A stretch of 64,000 bases of DNA from Rickettsiales bacterium (GCA_965262395.1 OZ253531.1:528838-592837), one strand, 5' to 3'; positions 9,452 through 19,447 are shown, counted from the stretch's first letter. Numbers and translations are program-made. The notes: generated from the letters alone by a model not told the origin.

Positions 9452-10777
9452 ATGTTACTAGGAGATATGAAAGATCATGGTATAGATATCACCAAAAAAT
9501 GGCTCTTGCTTTCGTTGTGTGTATTGATCTGTATGGGAATGTCATCATTCCTATTCTTATTATCTAGTTTGTTTAATTTGCATTTTGTGGATAACTTATT
9601 CTTTGTTGCTGCAAGTGCAGATAGTTCTGATATGGCCTCAATATTCTTTATGTTGGCTGTGATATCCACATTGTGGAATATATATTATAATCAGAATAGA
9701 GGGTTTATTTCAAAAATACCATTTTATAGTGCAAGCATTGGTGTAGTATTGTTATTTATTTCTACTTTTATTCCTGAGACTATTCCGATAAGAATAAATT
9801 ATATGATTTTCTTGCAGAATCTTGTGTTTTGCCTGGCGGTTGGCTTTATGGCTGGCGGTGTAATGTTCTCTGCTATATCCTCCTTACGTCTTCAGGATAA
9901 AGAGAAATTTACAATATCATTAGGTCTTTCTGGTTCTGCCGTAATTTTTGTATCAGTCGCTATTTGCTTTATTATGGCATTTAATAATATACCTAATTAT
10001 CTCAAGGTCTTTAATTCAATTATATTTTTTGAAGATCTCACGCTTGGTGGCATGCATATACTAAAATTGCTTTTTATTTTTACCACAATAGTGATGTATT
10101 TACTAATTATGGATTACTCTGGCATTAAGATTCGTAGGTTCAAACGAACAATTAATCTTCTTATACTATTTTATGTATTATGTGCAATGCTTACACCAAT
10201 AACCTATTTATTCTTTGAGATGCAAGATATATTTGTGCTTAGGATATTTTCTGATTATGTGAAATATCTTTCACTTGTCCCATTCTCGTTATGTTTGTTG
10301 CTCTTTCTTTCGGTCAGGATTCATATGAACCTTAAGCAATATAATGATGTGAGTCTATTTTTATCTATGATTATGTTTGTGTTTGGTTATATGTTGATAT
10401 TGACTATCAATCATGAGAGATTAATAATAGTGCATTATAAGGCATTTTTGGCTAGCTTCATATTGGCATTTATGGGAATGTGTAATGTTATTTTACACAA
10501 ACACCGTGATCTACATTGTAGAGAGATAGATTACAACGCAAGCATATATAGCTTATATATTTTATTTTTTTCTTTTATGCTTAGAATAATTGCCTATATC
10601 GATATATATGGCGCTATGGAATCTAAGCATTCTGTAATGCATGCCATATTTGGCGGTGACTTAGGTAAGATACTGGATATTTTGGGGACACTCGGATATC
10701 TTGTTAGTATTGGGATGTTATCTTATAGTGTGTGTTCTTATTGTATTCGTTATAGAATATCACTTAGAACTATTTAG
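9452..10777 (+). CDS. hypothetical polytopic inner-membrane protein (441 aa, about 10-12 TM segments)
   Basis: Hydrophobic segments throughout; I recognise no family motif. The last ~9 codons lie inside a duplicated copy of the convergent gene's tail. Confidence 0.65.
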   Translation: MLLGDMKDHGIDITKKWLLLSLCVLICMGMSSFLFLLSSLFNLHFVDNLFFVAASADSSDMASIFFMLAVISTLWNIYYNQNRGFISKIPFYSASIGVVLLFISTFIPETIPIRINYMIFLQNLVFCLAVGFMAGGVMFSAISSLRLQDKEKFTISLGLSGSAVIFVSVAICFIMAFNNIPNYLKVFNSIIFFEDLTLGGMHILKLLFIFTTIVMYLLIMDYSGIKIRRFKRTINLLILFYVLCAMLTPITYLFFEMQDIFVLRIFSDYVKYLSLVPFSLCLLLFLSVRIHMNLKQYNDVSLFLSMIMFVFGYMLILTINHERLIIVHYKAFLASFILAFMGMCNVILHKHRDLHCREIDYNASIYSLYILFFSFMLRIIAYIDIYGAMESKHSVMHAIFGGDLGKILDILGTLGYLVSIGMLSYSVCSYCIRYRISLRTI

Positions 10778-10930
10778 TTCGTTCTCTAACGCACACATAG
10801 TTAATGATCTGATTCTGGACTATTTTCTACATTATTATAGAAGTATCACTTAGAACTATTTAATTCGTTCTCTAACGCACACATAGTTAATGATCTGATT
10901 AATTGATATGCTACATCATTATTATACTTG
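10749..10930. repeat. 2 x ~86-bp direct repeat made from the 3' end of the minus-strand gene 10846..12024
   Basis: atcacttagaactattta(g/a)ttcgttctctaacgcacacatagttaatgatctgatt occurs at 10759 and 10845. The flanks (ttatagaa..., ctacat..tattata) also align. Confidence 0.75.
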
Positions 10931-12024
10931 GCTGTTACATCCACAAGCCTTGTCCTCGCAATGTTCAAATTACCTAAATTATCTACATGTTTGTGGTATC
11001 TACATAAATATCCAAATAATTCGGAACACATTTCATAAGATACAATCTCTGCTGAATGCCCATCATATTGCTCTATGGAGGGTACTCCCTCTTGCAATAA
11101 AAATGATGTAACATGAGTATTGAATTTAATATACGATAGTCTGTTTTTTATTTTTTGAGATAATAGCTTTAGGTCGCTTGCATCTTTAATGGTAGTAATG
11201 CCCATGCCATATGTACCGTTATTTGCTTTAATAAATATATAAGGTTGCTGAGTAATATTATATTCTTGATATTTCTTCTTGATCTTTTCTAATAATAGCG
11301 CCGTCTGCAGCATCAAGTTCTCAATACCTTCTTCATTCATGAAGTTTACATTTTGACATGATTCAGTATAAGCCGATAACAGCCAGCTATCTATATTCGC
11401 TTTATCTGAGAATTCTGTGACAACTTCGTCATATTTTATAAAGAAATCAGATTTTCTTCTATATTGCCAAGTCATACTCAAAGAAGGAGTAATTTTCTGT
11501 GTGAGACCATAGAGTATCTTTGGTATTATAATACAATCATTCTGTAATAATATCTCTTCTGCTTCATAGCCATCAGTGGTGATAATCTTATTTTCAACTC
11601 TTATTAGAGGTTTTATAGTTAAAATATCTCCTGCGTTGGTTTCTTTGTATTTTGGTTTAGTGTATCGATAGGAGCCTATATTTATTTCATAGCCCAATGA
11701 TTCCAGCATTTCTTGTAATAGTTTGATGCTTTCTAAGTATTGTTTATTGCGTGTATGCCACTCAAGGATGATTAATAATTTTTTCGATTTTATTCGCTGT
11801 TGAATTTTTGATGTATACGATAATTTGAAGTATTCTATCGTGTCTTTATTAAAGTAACTAAAGGCTGCAGGAAATAAATTCACGTCTACTGGTGCGATCT
11901 TATAACCAGCATGTCTAATATCACAGGAAGAATATAAATGTTTTTTTTCATTATCATACTCTATACCTTTGGTCACTTTCTGTGTATGTTCCGTACTCAA
12001 TAATTTGTTTATATGAGGTATCAT
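10846..12024 (-). CDS. gshA: glutamate--cysteine ligase, rare proteobacterial GshA type (T. ferrooxidans-type family)
   Basis: 392 aa. The N-terminal IRHAGYKIAPVDVNLFPAAF matches my memory of the family's (F/Y)K(L/I)APVDxNLFPxGFNN signature, and the size fits. Recalled, not searched. Confidence 0.55.
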   Translation of the reverse strand: MIPHINKLLSTEHTQKVTKGIEYDNEKKHLYSSCDIRHAGYKIAPVDVNLFPAAFSYFNKDTIEYFKLSYTSKIQQRIKSKKLLIILEWHTRNKQYLESIKLLQEMLESLGYEINIGSYRYTKPKYKETNAGDILTIKPLIRVENKIITTDGYEAEEILLQNDCIIIPKILYGLTQKITPSLSMTWQYRRKSDFFIKYDEVVTEFSDKANIDSWLLSAYTESCQNVNFMNEEGIENLMLQTALLLEKIKKKYQEYNITQQPYIFIKANNGTYGMGITTIKDASDLKLLSQKIKNRLSYIKFNTHVTSFLLQEGVPSIEQYDGHSAEIVSYEMCSELFGYLCRYHKHVDNLGNLNIARTRLVDVTAKYNNDVAYQLIRSLTMCALENELNSSK

Positions 12025-12123
12025 TCTGTCAGAAATATATAATTAATGTTCAATGCAAGTCCTGAGTTTATTGCTATTAATTTTATACTATAATAATAGA
12101 TATTATGCATTAGTGGTGGATAT

Positions 12124-14175
12124 TTACCATTGTATCCACTTTTTTATCCACGACATTTTGCCATCTACACCTTCTTTTTGCTGTTGACTATGTGCACTAC
12201 CGCTTTTGTAGGTTTTGTTTGAAGGTGGAGGTTTTTTATTAACTGGATCTTGCTCCTTATTTTGTTTTGTTAAGGTCTTTGTACCAAAAAACTCAACAGT
12301 ATCTGGGTTTTTGACTTCAGCTGGGGCATACTCCGTATTTTCTGCTATTCTGAATTGTCCTGGCTTCAGGCTAGTATCTATATCCATTATCGTTGATGTT
12401 TTATGCTGGCCATCAAGATCCATAAGGATAGTTCTATTATTATTTAAAATTTGTAGCACAACTTCTTGTGTGGTAATCACCTTGAGGTGTTTACCTGGAT
12501 ATTTGCGCAGGTCACTTTTCAAGGCTCTAAATATAGAAGCAATCGTTGGATCTACGGCTCTTATATATCCCGCTCCCGAGCATTTTGGACATATTTGAGC
12601 ATACACTTCAAGGAAACTTGGTTTTAATCTTTGTCTGGACATTTCAAATAAACAAAATTGACTGATTGAGCCAAATTGTGTCTTCGCCCTATCATCCTGG
12701 AAAGATGATTTTATTTTGTTTTCTATGTCTTGAATATTTTTGTAGTCTGCCATATCAATGAAGTCCACTACAATTAAACCAGACAAGTTTCTCAATTTTA
12801 ATTGTCTGCCTATCTCGGCGGCTGCTTCTCGGTTAGTAATAAAGGCTGTTTTTTCTATATTACTTCTGTTTGTCATGCTGCCAGAGTTAACATCTATAGA
12901 TACCAGTGCTTCTGTCGCATTTATAACTATATAACCACCAGAAGGAAGCTGTGCAGTACTGCTATAAAGCTCCAATAATTGTTCTTCTATTTTATAATGC
13001 ACAAATATGGGTCTTACTCCCTTGTAATGCCTTATCTTCGGCTTATTTTGCAAGAATGCATCTTTTATAAATGTCTCTGCAGATTTGAATGCATCGTTTC
13101 CTTCTATTATGAGTTCTTTTACGTCGCTACTATATAAGTCTCTGAAGGTTCTTTTAATAATGTCACCCTCGGTATAAACCTGACAAGGCGCTTCCTGTGT
13201 TCCAGCACATTGTTTATTGGCATTTAATCTAATACTCTCCCATAACCCATGTAGATATTCTAGGTCATGTTTTATCACGTCCATTGAAGCAGTTTCTGCC
13301 TCTGTTCTTATAATTACACTACTCCTTTTGGAGGGAGAGAGAGAAGTAATAAGGGATTTCAGATTGCGTCGCTTCTGCATATTAAAAATTCTTTTAGAAA
13401 CACCCCCCTTTCCTGGTGTGTTAGGCATATAGATAGACAAGCGCCCCGCTAATAAAATATATGATGAGAAGGAAGCACCCTTTCTATTAATGCTACCTCG
13501 TTCTTCTTTTACCGCTTGCACTAGAAGAACTTGTCCTTCTTTTATAACGTCTTGAATCTTATAATGAGGTATATCTGAGGTTTGAGATGAATTTTGGAAT
13601 TTACCATTATTTTTGCGTGAGTCTGGTTTATGTGGTTTCTCAGTTTGGGAAGGATTCTTTTCTAAGTTTAGTAAATATTCTTCTTCAGAGGAAAGGTAAT
13701 TGTCTTCTGCGATATCTTTAGATTCACTATCATTAGTATCGTTGTTACCATCTGTAAAATTGTCTAGTTGACTATACAGATCATTAACTTCATCTGATTT
13801 AACTTCATCTGATTTAGCAGCAGCATTAGGCTCTATGTCCTCATTCATTGCGGCATTATTTTTCTCTTGTCTATTAAGCAAGGCAGCCTTCTCATCTTCT
13901 GGAATCTGATAATAAGTTGGATGTATCTCAGAAAATGGTAAGAATCCTGATTTATTACCGCCATACTCTATGAATGCAGCTTGCAGAGATCTCTCAACTT
14001 TTGTTACTTTGGCAAGGTAAATATTTCCCTTTATCTGTTTTTTTGAGAACACCTCATAATCCAGATCTACTATTTTATTATTATCAAGAAGCACAACTCT
14101 GGCTTCCTCTGGATGCGTTGCATCAATTAAAATTACGGACACAAATAACCTATAAAGCTTTATCTTAGAAAGCAA
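12124..14175 (-). CDS. rne: ribonuclease E (RNase E/G family)
   Basis: ILIDATHPEEARVVLLD, an S1 domain (KGNIYLAKVTKVERSLQAAFIEYGG), SGGYIVINATEALVSIDVNSG, GLIVVDFIDM and a CPKCSGAGYI zinc-link motif. An acidic insert typical of alphaproteobacterial RNase E is present. The ORF opens at TTG 14175; GTG at 14142 (MSVILIDA) is a likelier start. Confidence 0.85.
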   Translation of the reverse strand: MLSKIKLYRLFVSVILIDATHPEEARVVLLDNNKIVDLDYEVFSKKQIKGNIYLAKVTKVERSLQAAFIEYGGNKSGFLPFSEIHPTYYQIPEDEKAALLNRQEKNNAAMNEDIEPNAAAKSDEVKSDEVNDLYSQLDNFTDGNNDTNDSESKDIAEDNYLSSEEEYLLNLEKNPSQTEKPHKPDSRKNNGKFQNSSQTSDIPHYKIQDVIKEGQVLLVQAVKEERGSINRKGASFSSYILLAGRLSIYMPNTPGKGGVSKRIFNMQKRRNLKSLITSLSPSKRSSVIIRTEAETASMDVIKHDLEYLHGLWESIRLNANKQCAGTQEAPCQVYTEGDIIKRTFRDLYSSDVKELIIEGNDAFKSAETFIKDAFLQNKPKIRHYKGVRPIFVHYKIEEQLLELYSSTAQLPSGGYIVINATEALVSIDVNSGSMTNRSNIEKTAFITNREAAAEIGRQLKLRNLSGLIVVDFIDMADYKNIQDIENKIKSSFQDDRAKTQFGSISQFCLFEMSRQRLKPSFLEVYAQICPKCSGAGYIRAVDPTIASIFRALKSDLRKYPGKHLKVITTQEVVLQILNNNRTILMDLDGQHKTSTIMDIDTSLKPGQFRIAENTEYAPAEVKNPDTVEFFGTKTLTKQNKEQDPVNKKPPPSNKTYKSGSAHSQQQKEGVDGKMSWIKKWIQW

Positions 14176-14348
14176 AAAAACTTCCTTATTTTAACACGTA
14201 CGCCTTAGCATGGCAAGAGTGATATTAATTATCACTGGTAAAAGTCTAAATCAGTTAATAATGTAGGCATTTTATCTCTAGATACAAAAAAATGGTGAAC
14301 CTGCTCTAGGTACATGGTTTATTTTCTAGTAGAAATTTTATGTAATCA

Positions 14349-15812
14349 CTAATCTTCTCGGAATGCCTTATGAAAATTTCCAGCAATTGGAGTTAGTAAG
14401 TAGTTAATTATAGTTTTAGATTTTGTTGTAATATATATTTCGGCAGGCATTCCAGGATATAAATCTGTAGGTAGGTGTGCTGCTTCTAATTCTAATTTAG
14501 GTATATGTGCTTTGACAATATAGGATTGCTGTCCTTGATTATCTGTGATTGAATCAGCAGATATATAGATGACAATAGCGTTGATCATATTCACCCTTCT
14601 TGTGCTGTAAGCGGAAAGCCTAACCTTGGCTTTGAGACCAGTTACGCCATCAACATTAATTATATTTTCTTCTGTGTTTTTGGCTAATATTATTTCATCT
14701 ATGTCCTGTACAGAAACTTTTCCTTCGATTAACAAGCTATCATCATTAGGTATAATTTCCATAATTGGCACCCCAGGGGAAATTACTCCGCCAACTGTAT
14801 AGAAATTCAAATTGTTTATTACTCCATCTTGTGGCGAGATAATCACAGTTCTTTCTCTTATATCCCTTAGTTTTATTAAATTTTCTTTTACCTCTAGTAT
14901 TTGTGAGCTTACTTCCTTGAGTTCATTTATTACTTCATTGGAGAATTTATGTCTAATATTTAGGGTCTCAGTATTGATTTCATTGATGCGTTGATTAATT
15001 CTAGCGATTGTATATTTAGATTCACCGATTGAACCTGTAGCTCGTGCCAGATCTTTTTGTAAGGCCAAGACTCTTGGCTTTACAGCGCTACCTGATTTTA
15101 ATAGAATTTTTGTGGACTCTAATTCTTCTTCAATCAATTCCTTTTGTCGTGTTACAGCTGCAAACTGCTCCAATATTCCTTTTATCTCATCTTGAGACTG
15201 TTCTATGCGCTGTTTTGATATATCAGATTGACCGTCTGTGAGTTTTTGTCTGATTTCAAATGATCTCATTTCTTCATCAAGAATAGATTGTTTGTTATCA
15301 TCAGACAGTGCCTTCATCGCTAAATCATCAGAAAAAACAAGGGCTGCAAAATCATTTTTTTCTGCTAACAATCGCTCTTTGCGAGATTGTAGGTTGAATA
15401 ATTTATTTAATAATAGTGTTTCATTTGCAAAAGCTGAGGTATCTTGTAATTTAATTAATTCTTGTCCTGCCGTTACTTTGTCACCTTCTTTGGCCAATAT
15501 TTCTTTGATTATACCACCTTCAAAATGCTGTATTATTTTTTTCTTTGAAGATACCATTACCTGTGCAGGTGCAATGACTGCGCCTTCAATTGGTGCAAAA
15601 TATGACCATAAGCACAGTGTGCCAAAGAATAATAAGATGATTATCATTCCTGTGTTCAACGGAGATTGTGCTCGTTCTATAAGTTCAGAGGATGCGTATT
15701 CTGAGAAATAGTTTATTATTTTATCTAGAAACGTTATATTACTCTTCGTGCCACTGGCTGTCTTATCTTCTAGTATATTTTCTAATTTTACTTTTGAAGG
15801 TGGTAATGACAT
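14349..15812 (-). CDS. HlyD-family type I secretion membrane-fusion (periplasmic adaptor) protein
   Basis: N-terminal TM, then APIEGAVIAPAQVMVSSKKKIIQHFEGGIIKEILAKEGDKVTAGQELIKL (lipoyl/barrel motif), a long coiled coil, and C-terminal GMPAEIYITTKSKTIINYLLTPI. Confidence 0.85.
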   Translation of the reverse strand: MSLPPSKVKLENILEDKTASGTKSNITFLDKIINYFSEYASSELIERAQSPLNTGMIIILLFFGTLCLWSYFAPIEGAVIAPAQVMVSSKKKIIQHFEGGIIKEILAKEGDKVTAGQELIKLQDTSAFANETLLLNKLFNLQSRKERLLAEKNDFAALVFSDDLAMKALSDDNKQSILDEEMRSFEIRQKLTDGQSDISKQRIEQSQDEIKGILEQFAAVTRQKELIEEELESTKILLKSGSAVKPRVLALQKDLARATGSIGESKYTIARINQRINEINTETLNIRHKFSNEVINELKEVSSQILEVKENLIKLRDIRERTVIISPQDGVINNLNFYTVGGVISPGVPIMEIIPNDDSLLIEGKVSVQDIDEIILAKNTEENIINVDGVTGLKAKVRLSAYSTRRVNMINAIVIYISADSITDNQGQQSYIVKAHIPKLELEAAHLPTDLYPGMPAEIYITTKSKTIINYLLTPIAGNFHKAFRED

Positions 15813-16289
15813 GGAATTTTATAAAACAGACAATTATATAATTACTGCAATGATACGTTTACAGTGGTGTAAAAGTCAAATAAAAATTAATGATGCTTAT
15901 TGCGACCTTAGATTTATCCTTGATCACTGCATAAATACACTATTTCTAGTAGATATAAAATGGATATAAGTATTTAAGTATATTCAATTTCCTACTATAT
16001 AAAATTTTGATATCTAGTATGGCTAAATTGCTGTAGTATCTAGAACCGTTACTTTTTCTATGTTTCCAGAGCAGGATCTATAAATCCAGCACTTAATGAT
16101 CGTTGCGTTTTCTATGTTTTTAGATAAGAAACCTATAATAAATTAGAAGAATTCACATGTGCGCATAGAAAATAAGCATCAAATTTTTCCTTAATAACCT
16201 GTCCTTTGGCAGACTTATCCTTGATAATCTTACTTAGAAATTTAAGCCGCATATATATTTCATAAATAACATATTAAAACAATTGAAGT

Positions 16290-16600
16290 ACTTTTCATTG
16301 ACGCTCCTACACATTAATGAGAGCATTTTTTGCTGGATGACATATTTGGTATAAATTAAGCAAATTCAAGAAAATGTTCTTTCCTATTGACGGGCTTACT
16401 GCATTAATGTGAGTAGTATTATTGATGCTATATCTTGCTTAATGTAAGAGAAATTTTTTCCTCTTGATGGGGCTGACTGCATTAATGTGAGCATTGTTAT
16501 TAGTTGTCATATCTGAAATCTTCTTATTAATTCATCGCTTATATTAAGAAGAATATTTCTCTTATTGACGGGGTCACTGCATTAATGATCTAATCATTTC
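16290..16600. repeat. 4 degenerate units (spacing 78-100 bp) with core (a/c)ttga(c/t)g(g)g..c..ac(t/a)(g/c)cattaatg(t/a)gag
   Basis: Cores at about 16297, 16386, 16463 and 16564, each preceded by a gaaaatgttctttcc-like T-rich tract. Confidence 0.55.
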
Positions 16601-16884
16601 TAGATACTATATATAGTATGAATCAATGAAATAAAGATAGATGCTTGATTAAATATAGTAATCATACAATATATATTGTATAGATGCTTCATCTGGTATG
16701 TAGGTATCGTTTTATTTTAACCAATGAGGTAAGTGTTATTTTGATGAAATAATTAAGCCACCAAGTTAGCGACAACTAACATGGGTGACCAAAAACGTAC
16801 TGATCTAATATTAGAAAAACCATGAACGTTCGCAATCGTAGTTTATCTAATATGGATATATATTATGCAAATAAGAACAAGAGT

Positions 16885-17058
16885 AATAGAATGGATGAAG
16901 TTTATAATAAGATCCATGATGAAAGGGATGAATTTTGTAATAAAATCTATGATAAAAGGGATAAATTTCCTAATAGAATGGATGAAATTTATAATAAGAT
17001 CCATGATGAAAGGGATGAATTTTGTAATAGAATCTATAATAAAACCCACAATCAAATG
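16885..17058. repeat. 2 x 87-bp tandem repeat
   Basis: aatagaatggatgaa(g/a)tttataataagatccatgatgaaagggatgaattttgtaata starts at 16885 and 16972. Three overlapping ORFs (two on +, one on -) are open across it. Confidence 0.7.
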
Positions 17059-17117
17059 GATAAAAAATAATCCAGAATTTATAAGTAGACTGCGCATAAT
17101 ACTGTCAAATCTAGGAG

Positions 17118-17690
17118 ATCGATGGCCGATTATGCAGCAATTATAATGTGAGCCGCTAGGAAGTTGCTGACCGATTATGCAGCCGATACTGAAAATTATA
17201 ATGTTAGTGTTGGGAAGTTGATGACCAATTATGCAGCAATTATAATGTGAGCCGCTAGGAGATGCTGACCGGATTATGCAGCCGATACTGAAAATTATAA
17301 TGTTAGTGTTGGGAGGTTGATGACCAATTATGCAGCCGATACTGAAAATTATAATGTTAGTGTTGGGAGGTTGATGACCGGATTATGCAGCCGATAATAG
17401 AATTTTATGGGAGGTTGCTGACCGATTATGCAGCCGATACTGAAAATTATAATGTTAGTGTTGGGAAGTTGATGACCGATTATGCAGCCGATACTGAAAA
17501 TTATAATGTTAGTGTTGGGAAGTTGCTGACCGGATTATGCAGCAGATAATAGAATTTATGATTTTAGTGTTGGGAGTTGCTGACCGGATTATGCAGCCGA
17601 TAATAGAATTTATGATTTTAGTGTTGGGAGGTTGATGACCAATTATGCAGCCGATACTGAAAATTATAATGTTAGTGTTGGGAAATTGAT
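17118..17690. repeat. mosaic tandem repeat, about 10 units of 45-57 bp in three interleaved variants
   Basis: All units share the core gac(c/cg)(a/g)attatgcagc. The variants continue with cgatactgaaaattataatgttagtgttggga(a/g)gttgat, with aattataatgtgagccgctagga, or with cgataatagaatttat. Confidence 0.85.
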
Positions 17691-17830
17691 GGATAATTAT
17701 CAGGTTAATGTTATCACTTTATTGAAAGTTATTAAATGGATATGACCGGTAGATCTCCTGCAGTATAAGACAATGTTAATGTTTTTATTATAAAGTTCAA
17801 GCAATGTATTAATCCTTATATGTTTGTATT

Positions 17831-18280
17831 ATGAAGTTTAGGTGGTTGCCTATTGCACTATTTATGTTGCTAGGCTTTAATCATGAGTTATATGCTGAAT
17901 GCAGTTGTAACTCTGTCGAAAAAAGTGTTGAAGAGGCGGTGCGAGGTAGTAACCTGATTGTAAGTGGAAGAGTAGTCAATATAGTACATGCAAATAATGT
18001 TGATTATGTGGTGAAGCTACATATCTATAACACCTGGCTAGCTACAGACGATATAGTAGAAGAAAATGGCCAACAATATGTTCATTTGATCTCTACTTTA
18101 AATAAAGAAGAATGTGGTTCTCAGATGAAACTTGGACATAATTATCTCATATATTCTAATTATGTTAATGGACAATTAGTTGTTAGTAAGTGTAGCAATT
18201 CTAAGAAGTTGGAAAAAGTTCCTAGTAGTGAGTTTATTGCTTTAGATGATATAGTAGGTCAGGACGAAGAAGAAGAATAA
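17831..18280 (+). CDS. secreted TIMP/NTR-like OB-fold protein (149 aa)
   Basis: Signal peptide MKFRWLPIALFMLLGFNHELYA, then ECSC (Cys24, Cys26) ...EEAVRGSNLIVSGRVVNIV..., and near the C-terminus YLIYSNYVNGQLVVSKCS. This is the pattern of TIMP N-terminal/netrin-like modules (CxC, beta strands, ...C). Confidence 0.55.
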   Translation: MKFRWLPIALFMLLGFNHELYAECSCNSVEKSVEEAVRGSNLIVSGRVVNIVHANNVDYVVKLHIYNTWLATDDIVEENGQQYVHLISTLNKEECGSQMKLGHNYLIYSNYVNGQLVVSKCSNSKKLEKVPSSEFIALDDIVGQDEEEE

Positions 18281-18650
18281 TCAAATTCATAAACAATTGA
18301 TTGTTAGTAAGTGTAGCAATTCTAAGAAATTAGAAAAAGTTCCTAGTAGTGAGTTTATTGCTTTAGATGATATAGTAGGTCAGGACGAAGAAGAAGAATA
18401 ATCAAATTCATAAACAATTGATTGTTAGTAAGTGTAGCAATTCTAAGAAGTTGGAAAAAGTTCCTAGTAGTGAGTTTATTGCTTTAGATGATATAGTAGG
18501 TCAGGACGAAGAAGAAGAATAAACAGGTTCATAAACAATTGATTGTTAGTAAATGCAGTAATTCTAAGAAGTTGGAAAAAGTTCCTAGTAGTGAGTTTAT
18601 TGCTTTAGATGATATAGTAGGTCAGGACGAAGAAGAATAATAAACAGGTT
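18172..18650 (+). repeat. 4 x 121-bp tandem repeat; the first unit is the authentic 3' end (36 codons plus stop) of CDS 17831..18280
   Basis: tgttagtaagtgtagcaattctaagaa starts at 18181, 18302, 18423 and 18544. Every copy ends gaagaagaa(gaa)taa. Confidence 0.9.
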
Positions 18651-18656
18651 CATGCA

Positions 18657-19388
18657 TTGAAGATTAACAATGATATAGGTATCTTATTAGGTTATCGCAG
18701 ATATGGTGAAAGTTTCTTCATATTATCAATTCTGACGAAAGATCATGGTTTATATAAAGGCTTATTTAGGCCTAGTAAGAAACATAATGTTTTATTGCAA
18801 ATTGGTAATGTTTTATCTGTGAAGTGGCAAGCTAGATTGCAAGATAGCTTGGGTAGGTTCAGTTGTGAATTAGTTAGTAGTTATTTTGATTATTGTTTTG
18901 ATGATAATCTGAAGCTTCTTGTTTTAAAGTCATTCTCGTCTTTATTATTGTCATGTCTTCCAGAGCGAGAAATTCATAAAAATATTTACAAGTCGTGCAT
19001 GAAATTCCTATTGTCATTAAAAGGGCAGGGATGGCAATCAAAATACATATATTTTGAGCTGCAGTTATTATCTGATCTTGGTTATGGCTTAACGATTGAC
19101 AAATGTGCAGTGAGCGGCAGTAAAAATGTGGATGATCTTTCATATATTTCTCCAAAAACTGGTTGTGCTGTAGTGCAAGAGGTGGGTATTCAGTATAAGG
19201 ATCGCTTAATTAATTATCCTGCAGCTTTCAGATCGGTTGTTGTAGATGATGATGTATGCCTATCGCACGTTGATGTTGTAGAGGCATTATGTGTTACGGG
19301 TTTCTTTTTAGAGAAGAATGTTTGGTGTTCCTCTAAGAGGCGAATACCAGAGGATCGGAGTATTCTTATACAAAAATTAAATAAATAA
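18657..19388 (+). CDS. recO: DNA repair protein RecO
   Basis: 243 aa with the typical RecO N-terminal OB region (GILLGYRRYGESFFILSILTKDHGLYKGLFR) and the expected length. TTG start 7 nt after the last repeat unit. Confidence 0.75.
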   Translation: MKINNDIGILLGYRRYGESFFILSILTKDHGLYKGLFRPSKKHNVLLQIGNVLSVKWQARLQDSLGRFSCELVSSYFDYCFDDNLKLLVLKSFSSLLLSCLPEREIHKNIYKSCMKFLLSLKGQGWQSKYIYFELQLLSDLGYGLTIDKCAVSGSKNVDDLSYISPKTGCAVVQEVGIQYKDRLINYPAAFRSVVVDDDVCLSHVDVVEALCVTGFFLEKNVWCSSKRRIPEDRSILIQKLNK

Positions 19389-19392
19389 TAGT

Positions 19393-19447
19393 GAGTATTA
19401 GAGTATTAGAGTATTAGAGTATTAGAGTATTAGAGTATTAGAGTATT
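19393..19447. repeat. octanucleotide microsatellite (gagtatta) x ~7
   Basis: Read directly, immediately after the recO stop. Confidence 0.9.

Noticed and set aside
16822-17146. Three overlapping ORFs (82, 84 and 93 aa) over the 87-bp repeat
   Set aside because: They are open on both strands and in several frames because of the repeat. There is no RBS or non-repeat flanking sequence, so coding is not supportable.
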